From Candidatus Poribacteria bacterium (GTDB lineage Bacteria > Poribacteria > WGA-4E > PCPOR2b): 64,000 bases of DNA. How positions within the stretch are numbered: the first letter of the stretch is position 1; each line of letters starts with the position of its first letter. Shown piece after piece: positions 1 through 9,456 of the stretch. The position numbers and the translations under genes were made by a program. The notes under the pieces were generated by a model that saw only the letters and a program-made list of their open reading frames with translations, was not told the DNA's origin and did not search any database. The stretch spans positions 4,672,001-4,736,000 of the forward strand of contig OZ244587.1 in NCBI GenBank assembly GCA_965218095.1. Direction: 5' to 3'.

Positions 1-1
1 G

Positions 2-829
2 TGGGAAAATCGTGAACCGGAACCCTCAAGTCTCCAACATGTGGCGGTTTTCGCGTTTCCCAATTCCTCCAGTCAGGTTACCATCGACTGCGGACGGAAA
101 CAGATCTTCGGGATGCGGAGCTGGTTTCAGAATGCGGGTATTTTGGTGGAACGTCCCAGGACTTCGAGTAACGGAGCGATTGGTATAGCTATCAAGGGAG
201 GGCATAATGCCGAACACCATAATCACAGTGACCTGGCGAGTTTCGTTGTTGCTCTCAACGGAAAACTCCTTTTGACCGATCCAGGCTCTGAGCGATACAC
301 TGTACGCACCTTCAGCGAGCGTCGGTACGAAAGCAACGTGTTGAACTCTTACGGCCATTCCGTCCCACTCGTTGCCGGACAGCTTCAAAAAGAAGGTGAT
401 AAGGCCCGGGCCCGTATTCTCAAGCAAGAGTTGAGCGAGGAGCGGGATCTGGTGGTGTTTGATCTCCGGTCGGCGTACGACGTAGTGAGTCTGGTAAAAC
501 TTCATCGCTCCTTCCTCTTCTCTCGTCAGGGCGCTGGGAGGTTAACGGTGATCGACGAGGTGAGTTTCACCGAACCGGAAGCTTTCGGCACGGCGCTGAT
601 AACCTTTAATCATTGGCGTGAAGTTGCGGAGGGAATACTGGAGATCTTTGAAGGAGAAGACGCGTTACGGGTGGAGATCCGCGTGGATGGCGGTAATTTT
701 GAAATCACTTCCGAAGAAATCAAAGAGAACGTACGAGTAAAGGGTTATCCCACGAGGATTGCGATTGATCTGACGAACCCTGTGCAAAGCGCGCGTATCG
801 AGACAACCATCGCGCCAAGGCCCATGTGA
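2..829 (+). CDS. Heparinase II/III-family protein, C-terminal part (open at left edge)
   Basis: KGGHNAEHHNHSD, LLTDPG and SYGHS motifs typical of the Hepar_II_III domain; frame is open to the window start. Confidence 0.8.
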   Translation, partial: WENREPEPSSLQHVAVFAFPNSSSQVTIDCGRKQIFGMRSWFQNAGILVERPRTSSNGAIGIAIKGGHNAEHHNHSDLASFVVALNGKLLLTDPGSERYTVRTFSERRYESNVLNSYGHSVPLVAGQLQKEGDKARARILKQELSEERDLVVFDLRSAYDVVSLVKLHRSFLFSRQGAGRLTVIDEVSFTEPEAFGTALITFNHWREVAEGILEIFEGEDALRVEIRVDGGNFEITSEEIKENVRVKGYPTRIAIDLTNPVQSARIETTIAPRPM

Positions 830-1026
830 GTCTCCCTCTGGTTTAGCCCCTGATAGTGGTACGATGGCGATCAGTAGCATACGGGAGACCACAGATTTTG
901 TTGACGGATTGTTGGGATTCTGCTACACTGTACTCCACAAGGGAACTTTTTCCTTAAACGTCGGGATGGGTTTGCGCGACTTTTCCGAATTCTCGAAGGT
1001 AATTCGTACTATAAGGAGTACAGACC

Positions 1027-2325
1027 ATGAAAGCTGGATTTGCTCAAGCTAACATCAACCCACCGATTGGAACGCGGATGACGGGATTCGGCCCTCGGGA
1101 TCGCGACCACGGCTGTGAGGCCATCCATGACGATCTCTATGTTCGCGCCCTCTACCTGACGCACGAGGGGAAAGACGTCCTTATCATGGGATTCGATCTC
1201 CTCTTCTTCAGCCGAGACGAAGCTGATCGCTACAAAGGCGCAATTGGTCGCCAAATCAACCTCGCTCCCAGCCAAATTCTGCTCAATACCTCCCATACCC
1301 ATACGGGGCCCAAAGTCGGCACATGGCTCTACGATCCGCCATCGGATGCGTTCTATTTACAGGTGTTGGAACATGCGATCATTAACGCCGCCTGTCAGGC
1401 CAGAGAAGCGGCTACCGACGTCACAATCTGGGCAGGCGCCACCCGGTCCGCCTTGCCGATGAGTCGGCGCCTCAAACGCGAAAATGGAAAAGGCCACACA
1501 GTCTTCTGGCGCCCAAATCCTGATGGTTCCGCGTGCGATGCCCTACCGATCTGCCTTTTGAAAGCGCTTGATGAAACTCCCGTCTGTCTTCTTTTCTCGG
1601 TCTCCTGTCATCCCTCAACTACCAACGGCTTTGAAATCTCCGCCGAATATCCCGGCGTCGCTATGGAACGACTTGACGCCCATCTCGGCAAATCGTGCAG
1701 CCTCTTTCTCCAGGGTACGGGTGGCGATGCCAAACCGAGCGTCATCGGCGGCGGAGAACGCTGGCGCGCTGGCGCCTGGGACGATGTCGCCGAAGCCGGG
1801 GTGATGGTCGCAAATGAGGTGATTGAAGCCGTTGACGCGGGGCTGGTGGAGATCGAACCTGACCTCCGCGCTTATGCGGTCGAAACCGAATGGGTAATGG
1901 AGCAAAACATCGGTCGCAGTGGCTACGAAGCGCTGTTATCAGATCCGACAACAGATCGAACCACCAAACTCTGGGCAAAGGAAAAGCTTGGCTACTTAGA
2001 TCGGGGATACCCGCTGCCCACAACAGTCTCGGTTACCATTCACGGCCTTCAGCTCGGTGAAGGACTTCGCATTGTCGGCATTGAGGGCGAAGCGGTGGGG
2101 GAACTTGGCTGCCTCGTTCTCGATTTCTATAGTGACGGAATTACCTTCCCACTCGGCTATACCAATGGCGCACAACTCTATCTGCCAACTGACACCATGC
2201 TGGATGAAGGTGGCTATGAGGTGGACAGCTATTACGAGTACAGGCAACCCGCCTGCTTGGCTAAGGGGATAGAAGCCACTCTAACGGCGGCGCTGTATCA
2301 ACTCCGCGAGCAAGGGATAAAATAG
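1027..2325 (+). CDS. Neutral/alkaline ceramidase N-terminal-like hydrolase
   Basis: HDDLYVRAL, SHTHTGP, CHP, ISAEYPG, LQGTGGD and GGYE motifs; AAGGAG RBS. Confidence 0.8.
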   Translation: MKAGFAQANINPPIGTRMTGFGPRDRDHGCEAIHDDLYVRALYLTHEGKDVLIMGFDLLFFSRDEADRYKGAIGRQINLAPSQILLNTSHTHTGPKVGTWLYDPPSDAFYLQVLEHAIINAACQAREAATDVTIWAGATRSALPMSRRLKRENGKGHTVFWRPNPDGSACDALPICLLKALDETPVCLLFSVSCHPSTTNGFEISAEYPGVAMERLDAHLGKSCSLFLQGTGGDAKPSVIGGGERWRAGAWDDVAEAGVMVANEVIEAVDAGLVEIEPDLRAYAVETEWVMEQNIGRSGYEALLSDPTTDRTTKLWAKEKLGYLDRGYPLPTTVSVTIHGLQLGEGLRIVGIEGEAVGELGCLVLDFYSDGITFPLGYTNGAQLYLPTDTMLDEGGYEVDSYYEYRQPACLAKGIEATLTAALYQLREQGIK

Positions 2326-2329
2326 GCAA

Positions 2330-2445
2330 AAAGAGGAGTATCGGGCCGTCGCGGAGAAGATACTCGAAATAGCGCAATCAATGCCGGGATTCATCTCCTT
2401 CAAAAACTTCATATCAGATGGCTCAGAGCGTGTTTCAATCATCAT
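2330..2445 (+). pseudogene. Fragment of an antibiotic-biosynthesis-monooxygenase (ABM)-like gene
   Basis: Hand translation KEEYRAVAEKILEIAQSMPGFISFKNFISDGSERVSII; no start codon, abuts the upstream stop. Confidence 0.55.
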
Positions 2446-2520
2446 ACGGCCACAGATTAGATGGCCGCCATCACCTTCAGCAGGAGACGTTTGGACGCGT
2501 CCCCGGACAGGAGACACATC

Positions 2521-3759
2521 ATGAACGCTACACAGCACACAAACCGAAACTCGAACGGCCAACGCACTGCGCTACGTGGCGGGCAACTCTTCGATGGCAC
2601 CGGCGCGGATCCGGTTTCTGACGCCGTGGTCGTCTGTAAAGACGAGCGCATCGTCGCGGTAGGGCCGGCGTCGCAGGTGGACATCAAGCCGACGGATAAG
2701 GTCATTGATCTGCGGCCGTGGACGCTAATGCCGGGCATGATTGACGCACATGTGCATCTGTGGGGGCTCGCCCGATCGCTTGATGCGCCCAACCCCGTCG
2801 AGGACCGCGCCCTGCGTAGCGCCGGTGAGAGCCTCGCCCTGCTTCATGCGGGTTTCACGACCGTGCGCGACTGCGGCTCGACCACGACGGTGATCCTCAA
2901 GCGTATGATCGATCAGGGAACGATTCCCGGACCGCGCATCATAACGGCGGGTATGGCCATCGCACGATCCGGGCACCACTGGCTCCGGGTCGATCCACGA
3001 TGGCTGTGGACGCGCCCAGCCAACACGGTCGATGAGTGTCGCGCTGCTACCCGTCTGGCCATCCACGAGCAATCCGGCTTCATCAAGATCGCCACCTCTT
3101 CCGGACTTGGCCGGGCGTGGGGTGAGATTCCGACGTTCACTGTTGATGAGGTCAAGGCGATCACGGATGAGGCGCATCAATGGGGCTTGCGTGTCGCTAG
3201 CCACTCCATGGGCACCGAAAGCGTACGCATCGCCGTGCTCGGCGGGGTCGATACGGTTGAACACGCCTATAACATTGACGACGAAACACTCGGCCTAATC
3301 ATCGAGCACGACAAGTTCATCGTACCCACGCTTCGCAACATGCACAAGGGACTCACGCCGTCGGGCGCGCAGACGTTCCGTGACCAGATCAAAGCACTGG
3401 AGAAGGCCTACGCTGCCGGGGCAAAGATCGCCATGGGCACCGATTCGACCGGCGCGCAGTATTTAGAGAACGGCCCCGGCAATGCGGTCGAATGCGCGCT
3501 GATGGCGAGGGTCATGCCGACGAAGGAGATTCTGATCTCCACCACGCGCACTGCCGCCGAAGCCCTCGGCATTGAGGCCGAGGGCGGCACAATCGAGCCC
3601 GGCAAATGCGCCGATATCATCGCCATGCGCGACGATCCGCTGACCTACATCGAAACCCTCCAGAACACCGCATTTGTCATGCACGACGGACAGGTCGTGC
3701 GTCAGGAAGAACCCGGCAGGAAGAACCCGGTTAGTGATGTTGCGACGTCTTTGAACTAG
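2521..3759 (+). CDS. Metal-dependent amidohydrolase (prolidase-like group A)
   Basis: MPGMIDAHVH, GFTTVRDCG, carbamylated-Lys region IKI, VASH, VEH, MGTDS, GKCADII; AGGAGA RBS supports ATG 2521. Confidence 0.9.
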   Translation: MNATQHTNRNSNGQRTALRGGQLFDGTGADPVSDAVVVCKDERIVAVGPASQVDIKPTDKVIDLRPWTLMPGMIDAHVHLWGLARSLDAPNPVEDRALRSAGESLALLHAGFTTVRDCGSTTTVILKRMIDQGTIPGPRIITAGMAIARSGHHWLRVDPRWLWTRPANTVDECRAATRLAIHEQSGFIKIATSSGLGRAWGEIPTFTVDEVKAITDEAHQWGLRVASHSMGTESVRIAVLGGVDTVEHAYNIDDETLGLIIEHDKFIVPTLRNMHKGLTPSGAQTFRDQIKALEKAYAAGAKIAMGTDSTGAQYLENGPGNAVECALMARVMPTKEILISTTRTAAEALGIEAEGGTIEPGKCADIIAMRDDPLTYIETLQNTAFVMHDGQVVRQEEPGRKNPVSDVATSLN

Positions 3760-3897
3760 CACTCTCGGAATGTAAACAAGGTTCGTGACCTTTCATCCTT
3801 CGGATGATAGACCTTGAAGACTTTGCAGATGCTCTGGTGGCGAGCGAGCTATAGATATTGTAGAGGTGCAAGGGGCTCTTCGCAGGTTACAATAATT

Positions 3898-3921
3898 CCA
3901 CCATGAAGATCTTCATGGTGG
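3898..3921. repeat. Perfect 24-bp palindrome CCACCATGAAGATCTTCATGGTGG
   Basis: Direct inspection. Confidence 0.9.
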
Positions 3922-4030
3922 TAAGGATTTCCCACCAGCGAGCATTCGTCCGTTTATGTCTGAAGGATGATGACATTTATTGGTTCTTTCTTGGCTCTCA
4001 CGCTGAGGCGGACAAATTTCTCAATTCGTG
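3903..4030 (+). pseudogene. C-terminal remnant of a RelE/ParE-like toxin gene
   Basis: Translation VVRISHQRAF...DDIYWFFLGSHAEADKFL resembles the WFWIGSHAEYD end of small ParE-like toxins. Confidence 0.55.
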
Positions 4031-4032
4031 GA

Positions 4033-4059
4033 TCCTAACAAGCTGTTGCAGGCAACGGC
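4033..4059 (+). other. attC-like left half (R''/L'') after the toxin remnant
   Basis: CCTAAC-AAGCT-GTTGCAG-GCAACGGC; no matching R' seen. Confidence 0.5.
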
Positions 4060-4085
4060 GGAATCTTCGGTTTTAATAATATCTG

Positions 4086-4152
4086 TAGGGTTGCGGTGGG
4101 TTTTGGTGTGTCGAACGTTTTCGGCGAACCCCCGCCCCGCCTGAACTTGGGT
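4086..4152. repeat. IS-end-like dispersed repeat, inverted homolog at 52880-52927
   Basis: TAGGGTTGCGGTGGGTTTTGGTGTGTC..TTTTCGGCGAACCCCC versus the reverse complement of 52880-52927; followed by AACTTGGGT, an IS982-type end. Confidence 0.55.
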
Positions 4153-4224
4153 TGTTACACTGCCTGCTTGAAGGCCAGTCCATGGAGCGTGGGCAAAGGT
4201 CATTAGTAGAAAGGAAATCAAAAT

Positions 4225-7200
4225 ATGGAAATAATCTTGTCAGCAGTAGTGATGTCAGCCCAGTTAATTGTAGTAGGAACAGACTTGGGCACACCTGCGG
4301 AAAAAAAGCTGACTGCAGAGGACGCCCGCCTTTGTGTCACGGGGTATGATTATAACCGCCCCGATCCGTTTCCCGGGCTGGGAGACTTCATCGGATGGGC
4401 CGAAGCGATCGAGCGAATGCCTAACGGTGATATTCTGCTGGTCCACTCGGCCGGTTACGGCCACGTGTCTTTCGCGTCGCCGAGGCAGTTGGCGGGCGGG
4501 GCGGTCGATTTTGAGGCGCCAACCGGCGGTCGGTCAATGGCCTGCCGATCCAACGACAACGGTAAGACGTGGTCCAAGCCGGTGACGGTGGTTGACCACC
4601 GGCTGGATGACCGGCCGGATGGCTTGTTTGTATGTCGCGACGGAACGGTATTATGTTTCGTCAATGTGAATGCTTCATGGTCAGGTTATCAGAAAGCCCC
4701 AGCGGGTTTTGAAAATGACATCGACGGTCTCAACTCCAAACAGTTTGTCGTTCGCTCGAAGGATAACGGCCGGACATGGTCTAGCCCGATCTGGATTGAC
4801 AGTCCCGGCGCCTTCTACGAGCGCGCCCACGGTCGACCGATTCAACTGGACGACGGTGCGATTCTGTGGGCTACGTATTGTGAGAATGTCGGTGGCGCCG
4901 AATCAGGCGGGAAAGAACCCCTGTTCGGTGCGATTCACCGCTCAACCGACTCAGGAAAGACGTGGAAAACCATTTCTACCATTCACCGGGATGGGCTGGA
5001 CGTCGATGAACCGGCAATTGCCGAACTAAAGGACGGCCGCTTAATCATGGTTACGCGCCCCGACGGTGGTGTGTTGTACTCGAAGGACCGGGGCGTCACG
5101 TGGATCGATTCCGGTAAGACGGTGAAAAAACACGGGCCGACATTCAGGGCCCCGCAGTTGTTTGTGCTCCAGGATGGCACGGTGGTGGCACTGGCTACTT
5201 GGCATGTCTTTGGCTTTGGCGGAGACTTGCCCTATCTATGCGCGTGGATCAGTAAAGACAGTGGCATGACCTGGAGCGAAGGTATTCCGCTCGACACTTC
5301 CTGCTATGGCTATCCGGGCGGATTCATGATGAAGGATGAATCGATCATGGTTTCTTACTGTGAGAGCGCTCAAGCTCCGAATAGAGTCTATGTCATTCGC
5401 ATCAGGGTAAATGCGGTGAGAGACGACATAGAGTTTTTGCCAATTAACGAACCTATCAAGACAAATATGACTAAAGCGACTATGGACATTGTCGTGAACG
5501 AAAAGGCTACCTGTACGATTGTTATACCCGATGAGCCTCTTGAGGTTGTCGAATACGCCGCTCGGGAACTCCAGTATCACATAAAGGAGTCAACGGGCGC
5601 CACGCTGCCCGTCCTGTCAGAGAGCACAGAGGCCGACAGCGGATCGTTCATCTACCTGGGTTCCTGCCGCAAGACAGCAAAGGCAGGTATTTCTATGGAT
5701 GAGATCGCCGCTAACGGCTTCCGTATCAAGCTGATCGGTTCCGACCTCTTCATGTGCGGTCGCGACAGCGGCGGCCACCCGGTGTCGACCGCGGGAATTT
5801 CCGTAGGCCCTCTCGTGCAGGCAGGAACACTGTTTGCTGTGTACGGGTTTCTCACGGAGCAGGTGGGCGTTAGGTGGCTCTGGCCAGGCAAGTTGGGCGA
5901 GGTTATTCCCAAGCGCCGCACCATCCGCGTGAGCCACTGGGACCAGACCTGGCAACCGCCCCTGGTGCATACCCGCATCCGTACCCATGTCAACTATAAT
6001 ACCGGGGAAGCGGGCTGGCCTTCCAGTGAAGCCCGCAACAGATTCCTCACCGAGCAGTCGGCCTGGCTGCGTCGCCATCGATTTGGGCGGGCAGTCGGTC
6101 TGGACTATCCTCATGCCTTTACCGGCTACTGGGAGCGCTACGGTGAAACTCACCCCGAATTCTTTAATCTGCTGCCCAACGGCGAACGCGTAGGTGACCC
6201 GCACTATTGGGGTGGGGCCGGGAACGTGATTTCCATGTGTGTCTCACAGCCGGGATTCTGGAAACAGATCGTCGCCAATTGGCAAGAATCGCGCTCGTCT
6301 TTGCATCCCTGGATAAACTTGTGCGAAAATGATGTGCCGGGCAAATGCACCTGTCCGAGTTGCCGGGCGTGGGACGTGCCAGCTCCTGACGACATCGTCT
6401 CCATGGCGAGGGTCGAGGAGGGCTTCGAAAAAGGCAGCGGCTGGTACAGGTGGCTGGGTTCACTTTCAGACCGCTATTGCAGGTTCTATCTGGCCGTGCA
6501 GAAGGAAGCCCAGAAAGTCGATCCGGAAGCAACTGTGATTGGCTTCTCTTATGAAAACTACGCCAAGCCGCCAGTGGAAACGAAGTTGAATGAGCGGGTC
6601 GTCATTTCCCTTGTGCCGGGCCTCATGTTCCCCTGGACCGAGGAGAAGCGCCAGCATTTTCGCGAGCAGTGGCAAGGGTGGGCGGTTACCGGCGCAAGGC
6701 TTTACCTGCGGCCGAATTACACCCTCGACGGACATAATCTGCCCATCTTCTATGCTCGTAAGTTCGGTGAAGATTTTTCCTTTGCCTTTGCCCACGGCAT
6801 GATTGCCACCGATTTTGATTCTCTGACGGGGCAATACGCCACTCAGGGGCCGAACCTTTATGTCCTGGCCCGCGTGCAGATCGACGGCGACAAACCAGTA
6901 GATGAACTCCTCGACGAATACTACCAGGCTTTCGGGCCTGCCGGGCACGCCGTTCGCGCGTACTTTCGGCACTGGGAAGAGGTGTCCGATGCTGTGACGG
7001 ATGAGTTGCTGCGAAAGAACGCCAGGAGTGCCCTGGGCACGGACTGGGTGAAATTTTGTGATTTTTATCAGGTTGCCGATGCAATCTTCACACCGGCCGT
7101 GATGCAGCAGGGGTTTGCCCTGCTGGAAGAGGCCGAGCGGGCCTCGCAGGGAGATGCCCTAGCGCAGCAGCGTGTTGAGTTTCTCAAGAAAGGGCTCAAA

Positions 7201-7407
7201 AATGCCGAGTTGACCCTTGCTGTTCAGGTTGGGTATCGCCATTACAAAAAAACTGGAGATACCGAAGCGTACCTCCAGGCCCTTGAGACGCTTGACCGCT
7301 ACCGCGAGGTAATCGAGAAGGACAACATCGCGAATATGGCCTATCTGGCTTGGGCAGAATCGCGTGCCTGGGATCGGACGCTCCTCCAGGTGCAGCCATT
7401 AGAGTGA
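4225..7407 (+). CDS. Fusion of an Asp-box sialidase-like propeller and a DUF4838 domain (GH20/GH67-like N-terminal domain)
   Basis: Five SxDxGxTW boxes in the first 400 aa; then AARELQYH, GVRWLWPG, HPEFF, CTCPSC and LYLRPN motifs. Confidence 0.85.
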   Translation: MEIILSAVVMSAQLIVVGTDLGTPAEKKLTAEDARLCVTGYDYNRPDPFPGLGDFIGWAEAIERMPNGDILLVHSAGYGHVSFASPRQLAGGAVDFEAPTGGRSMACRSNDNGKTWSKPVTVVDHRLDDRPDGLFVCRDGTVLCFVNVNASWSGYQKAPAGFENDIDGLNSKQFVVRSKDNGRTWSSPIWIDSPGAFYERAHGRPIQLDDGAILWATYCENVGGAESGGKEPLFGAIHRSTDSGKTWKTISTIHRDGLDVDEPAIAELKDGRLIMVTRPDGGVLYSKDRGVTWIDSGKTVKKHGPTFRAPQLFVLQDGTVVALATWHVFGFGGDLPYLCAWISKDSGMTWSEGIPLDTSCYGYPGGFMMKDESIMVSYCESAQAPNRVYVIRIRVNAVRDDIEFLPINEPIKTNMTKATMDIVVNEKATCTIVIPDEPLEVVEYAARELQYHIKESTGATLPVLSESTEADSGSFIYLGSCRKTAKAGISMDEIAANGFRIKLIGSDLFMCGRDSGGHPVSTAGISVGPLVQAGTLFAVYGFLTEQVGVRWLWPGKLGEVIPKRRTIRVSHWDQTWQPPLVHTRIRTHVNYNTGEAGWPSSEARNRFLTEQSAWLRRHRFGRAVGLDYPHAFTGYWERYGETHPEFFNLLPNGERVGDPHYWGGAGNVISMCVSQPGFWKQIVANWQESRSSLHPWINLCENDVPGKCTCPSCRAWDVPAPDDIVSMARVEEGFEKGSGWYRWLGSLSDRYCRFYLAVQKEAQKVDPEATVIGFSYENYAKPPVETKLNERVVISLVPGLMFPWTEEKRQHFREQWQGWAVTGARLYLRPNYTLDGHNLPIFYARKFGEDFSFAFAHGMIATDFDSLTGQYATQGPNLYVLARVQIDGDKPVDELLDEYYQAFGPAGHAVRAYFRHWEEVSDAVTDELLRKNARSALGTDWVKFCDFYQVADAIFTPAVMQQGFALLEEAERASQGDALAQQRVEFLKKGLKNAELTLAVQVGYRHYKKTGDTEAYLQALETLDRYREVIEKDNIANMAYLAWAESRAWDRTLLQVQPLE

Positions 7408-7477
7408 CGCCAAGTGGAAGAGTATTGCACCAAGGAAGGTGCTTAGCCGAGAGCAGGTGGTTTGTTGCACCACCGCA

Positions 7478-7538
7478 ATCTTGCCTAGCTGCTTCTGGGC
7501 GCGCCCGTATCCGGGCGCTGTGTCGATGTAGGTCACCC
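7478..7538 (-). pseudogene. Aldo/keto reductase fragment
   Basis: Translation VTYIDTAPGYGRAQKQLGK contains the AKR DTAxxYG motif; isolated. Confidence 0.6.
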
Positions 7539-7759
7539 TCAGATGATAGGCCGCTTGTAGAGGACGTTAGATAGAGGACAGCGTGATGGGCCGGGACCCG
7601 CTGTAGCCAATGCCGGACAAAAGCGCTCGTTGATTAGAGCAAATTTCGCACAACCCCTAATACTACAAAGAGAGATTGAATAAATGCGCGAGCCGTAGAG
7701 TAGGTCCGATTCTCGGACGAGCACGGTTCGCCCGTTCACGTATCTCACCGGATAGTTCA

Positions 7760-7782
7760 AACGGGCTGGCAGCCCACTCTAC
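7760..7782 (-). repeat. GTAG-type REP-like palindrome
   Basis: GTAGAGTGGGCTGCCAGCCCGTT; related pair at 55832-55879. Confidence 0.6.
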
Positions 7783-7938
7783 TTCTGGAAATCTCGTTGT
7801 AGTACTAAAATGGCGGAAGGAAATAGAGGCTGAGTCCTGATTTCGGCGTGCAGCGCGATAAGGTTATGGTACGGCACCCCCGCCATCGCATCAAGCGTTG
7901 ACGCCCTGCGGGAGCGCCGGCCCTATCCACAGGAAGCC

Positions 7939-8013
7939 CGTAGAAGCCATAATCCCATTCATCCCCATGCACCACTCCCAGACGTTCCCCGCCATTAGCA
8001 ACATAACCGTTTG
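7939..8013 (-). pseudogene. FGE-sulfatase domain fragment
   Basis: MAGNVWEWCM(frameshift)DEWDYGFY, closely similar to about 15000-15077. Confidence 0.75.
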
Positions 8014-8115
8014 TTATGCGTCAATACAGTGAACCATCCTCGGAAAGCGCCCGTGGTGGCAGTCGCCCAGTAATCCTTTCCTTGCGTTACCGCCGAAGCA
8101 TGACGCCGCCGGCTA

Positions 8116-9243
8116 TTAGAAATCGGTCTTCAAATCCCCCTGGTGATTCAGCAGGTGTTCGATGCCCTGGGTGTCCGCGTGCACGGTGATCGTCAGGTCG
8201 TAGCTTTTGGTCTGACCTGGGGCAAGCCACTGCGCGGCGAGTGGGTGTTTGTCCTGTGGCTTGCCCCATAGCGAACCACTGAACGGCTCCAGCGCACAAA
8301 CGTAGGAGCCGTTCGGCCCATAATGTTGCCAGTTAGCAAGCCGCGGCAGGCTCTCCGCCGGGTAAGACACCTCCACGCCCAATGGCAAATTGTGGTTGGC
8401 CAGGCCGCAGTGCGCGATACCCTGGCTGTCGCAGTTGATATCCACAATCAGACCACGCGAGCCGGCCGCAGTATGCTCGGTCAGTGGATCCGGTACCGTC
8501 AAGTAGCCGCCCAGATCCCGTTCCTCCTTCGGTGGATCGGACATTGACATATCCGCGTTCATGACCCAACCCCCGTTGACGGTTCCCGAGTAGACTACCT
8601 GGCTGTCTCGATTGAGCAGCGGATAGCCGAAGTTGATGTGGTACAGCCAGTTGTGGGCCACGGTCGCGTTGCCGAGGTTAACCACTTCATCATGTAGTTC
8701 GATCACCGGGCGACCGAGCTGACATACAATGCGCCGGCGCACCTCAACCGATGGGCCGTACATCTTCGTGTCCCGGATGATCATCTCCAAATGCATATCC
8801 AGGTCGCTACCGCGCGGATTCGGATTTTTTAGACCCACCAAGGCCGCCGGCGTATTGGAATGATGTCCGTGCAGGACCAACTTATTTCCGTCCTCTTCGC
8901 GACCTGGACCAATGTATTGCGGCCCACATGAAGTCACGAGGCCGCCGGGCCAAGCCGCCAGCCAATCGTCGTCCTGGTACAGAGGCTGCATGGGAGGCTT
9001 GTAACCGTTGGGCGTCAAGTACGCGAGGCTGGCGTTCTGGTAAAATGCCTCCACAATATCCCCGCCGCGGTCGAGTGCCACGGTGAAGCGCAACCCGGAA
9101 CCAGTATCCACCAGCGCCACACGGCAGCCACCGGCACCGCCCATGTCGGGCCAGTCGAATCTGGCGGTGCGGATGCCCCCGACTTGGTGAATCAGTTCAA
9201 ACTTGTTGGCGTCAAATCTCGCTGTCCGCTTGTGAACTTTCAC
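8116..9243 (-). CDS. DUF4432 / aldose 1-epimerase-like protein
   Basis: DRGGDI, TSCG, LHG, LYHINFGYPLL and LEP motifs; GTG 9243 after GGAGG. Confidence 0.85.
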   Translation of the reverse strand: MKVHKRTARFDANKFELIHQVGGIRTARFDWPDMGGAGGCRVALVDTGSGLRFTVALDRGGDIVEAFYQNASLAYLTPNGYKPPMQPLYQDDDWLAAWPGGLVTSCGPQYIGPGREEDGNKLVLHGHHSNTPAALVGLKNPNPRGSDLDMHLEMIIRDTKMYGPSVEVRRRIVCQLGRPVIELHDEVVNLGNATVAHNWLYHINFGYPLLNRDSQVVYSGTVNGGWVMNADMSMSDPPKEERDLGGYLTVPDPLTEHTAAGSRGLIVDINCDSQGIAHCGLANHNLPLGVEVSYPAESLPRLANWQHYGPNGSYVCALEPFSGSLWGKPQDKHPLAAQWLAPGQTKSYDLTITVHADTQGIEHLLNHQGDLKTDF

Positions 9244-9349
9244 CGTATTTCCCTCCACAAAAGATGCCTTCGTGCTTCTTCTCCAACGACCTTGCCGATT
9301 TCCTGAAAGCCGGTCGGATATTTTGCGATGTGAACTGTGATCCAGTTTT

Positions 9350-9367
9350 TGCAGTGACTTGTTAGGC
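9350..9367 (-). other. attC-like left half
   Basis: GCCTAAC-AAGTC-ACTGCA on the minus strand; no R' found. Confidence 0.45.
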
Positions 9368-9456
9368 GACGTTTGAGTCTGGTCAAGCGAGAACAAAGGT
9401 AATGACCGAGTGCCCTATATAAAGCTCGCTTTCGTAGAAACTCACAGTGTTAGGTG

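Noticed and set aside
7939-8013. DGR template repeat for the FGE gene at 14789
   Set aside because: It matches a conserved core rather than the C-terminal variable region; differences are indels and non-adenine changes; no RT or Avd in the window
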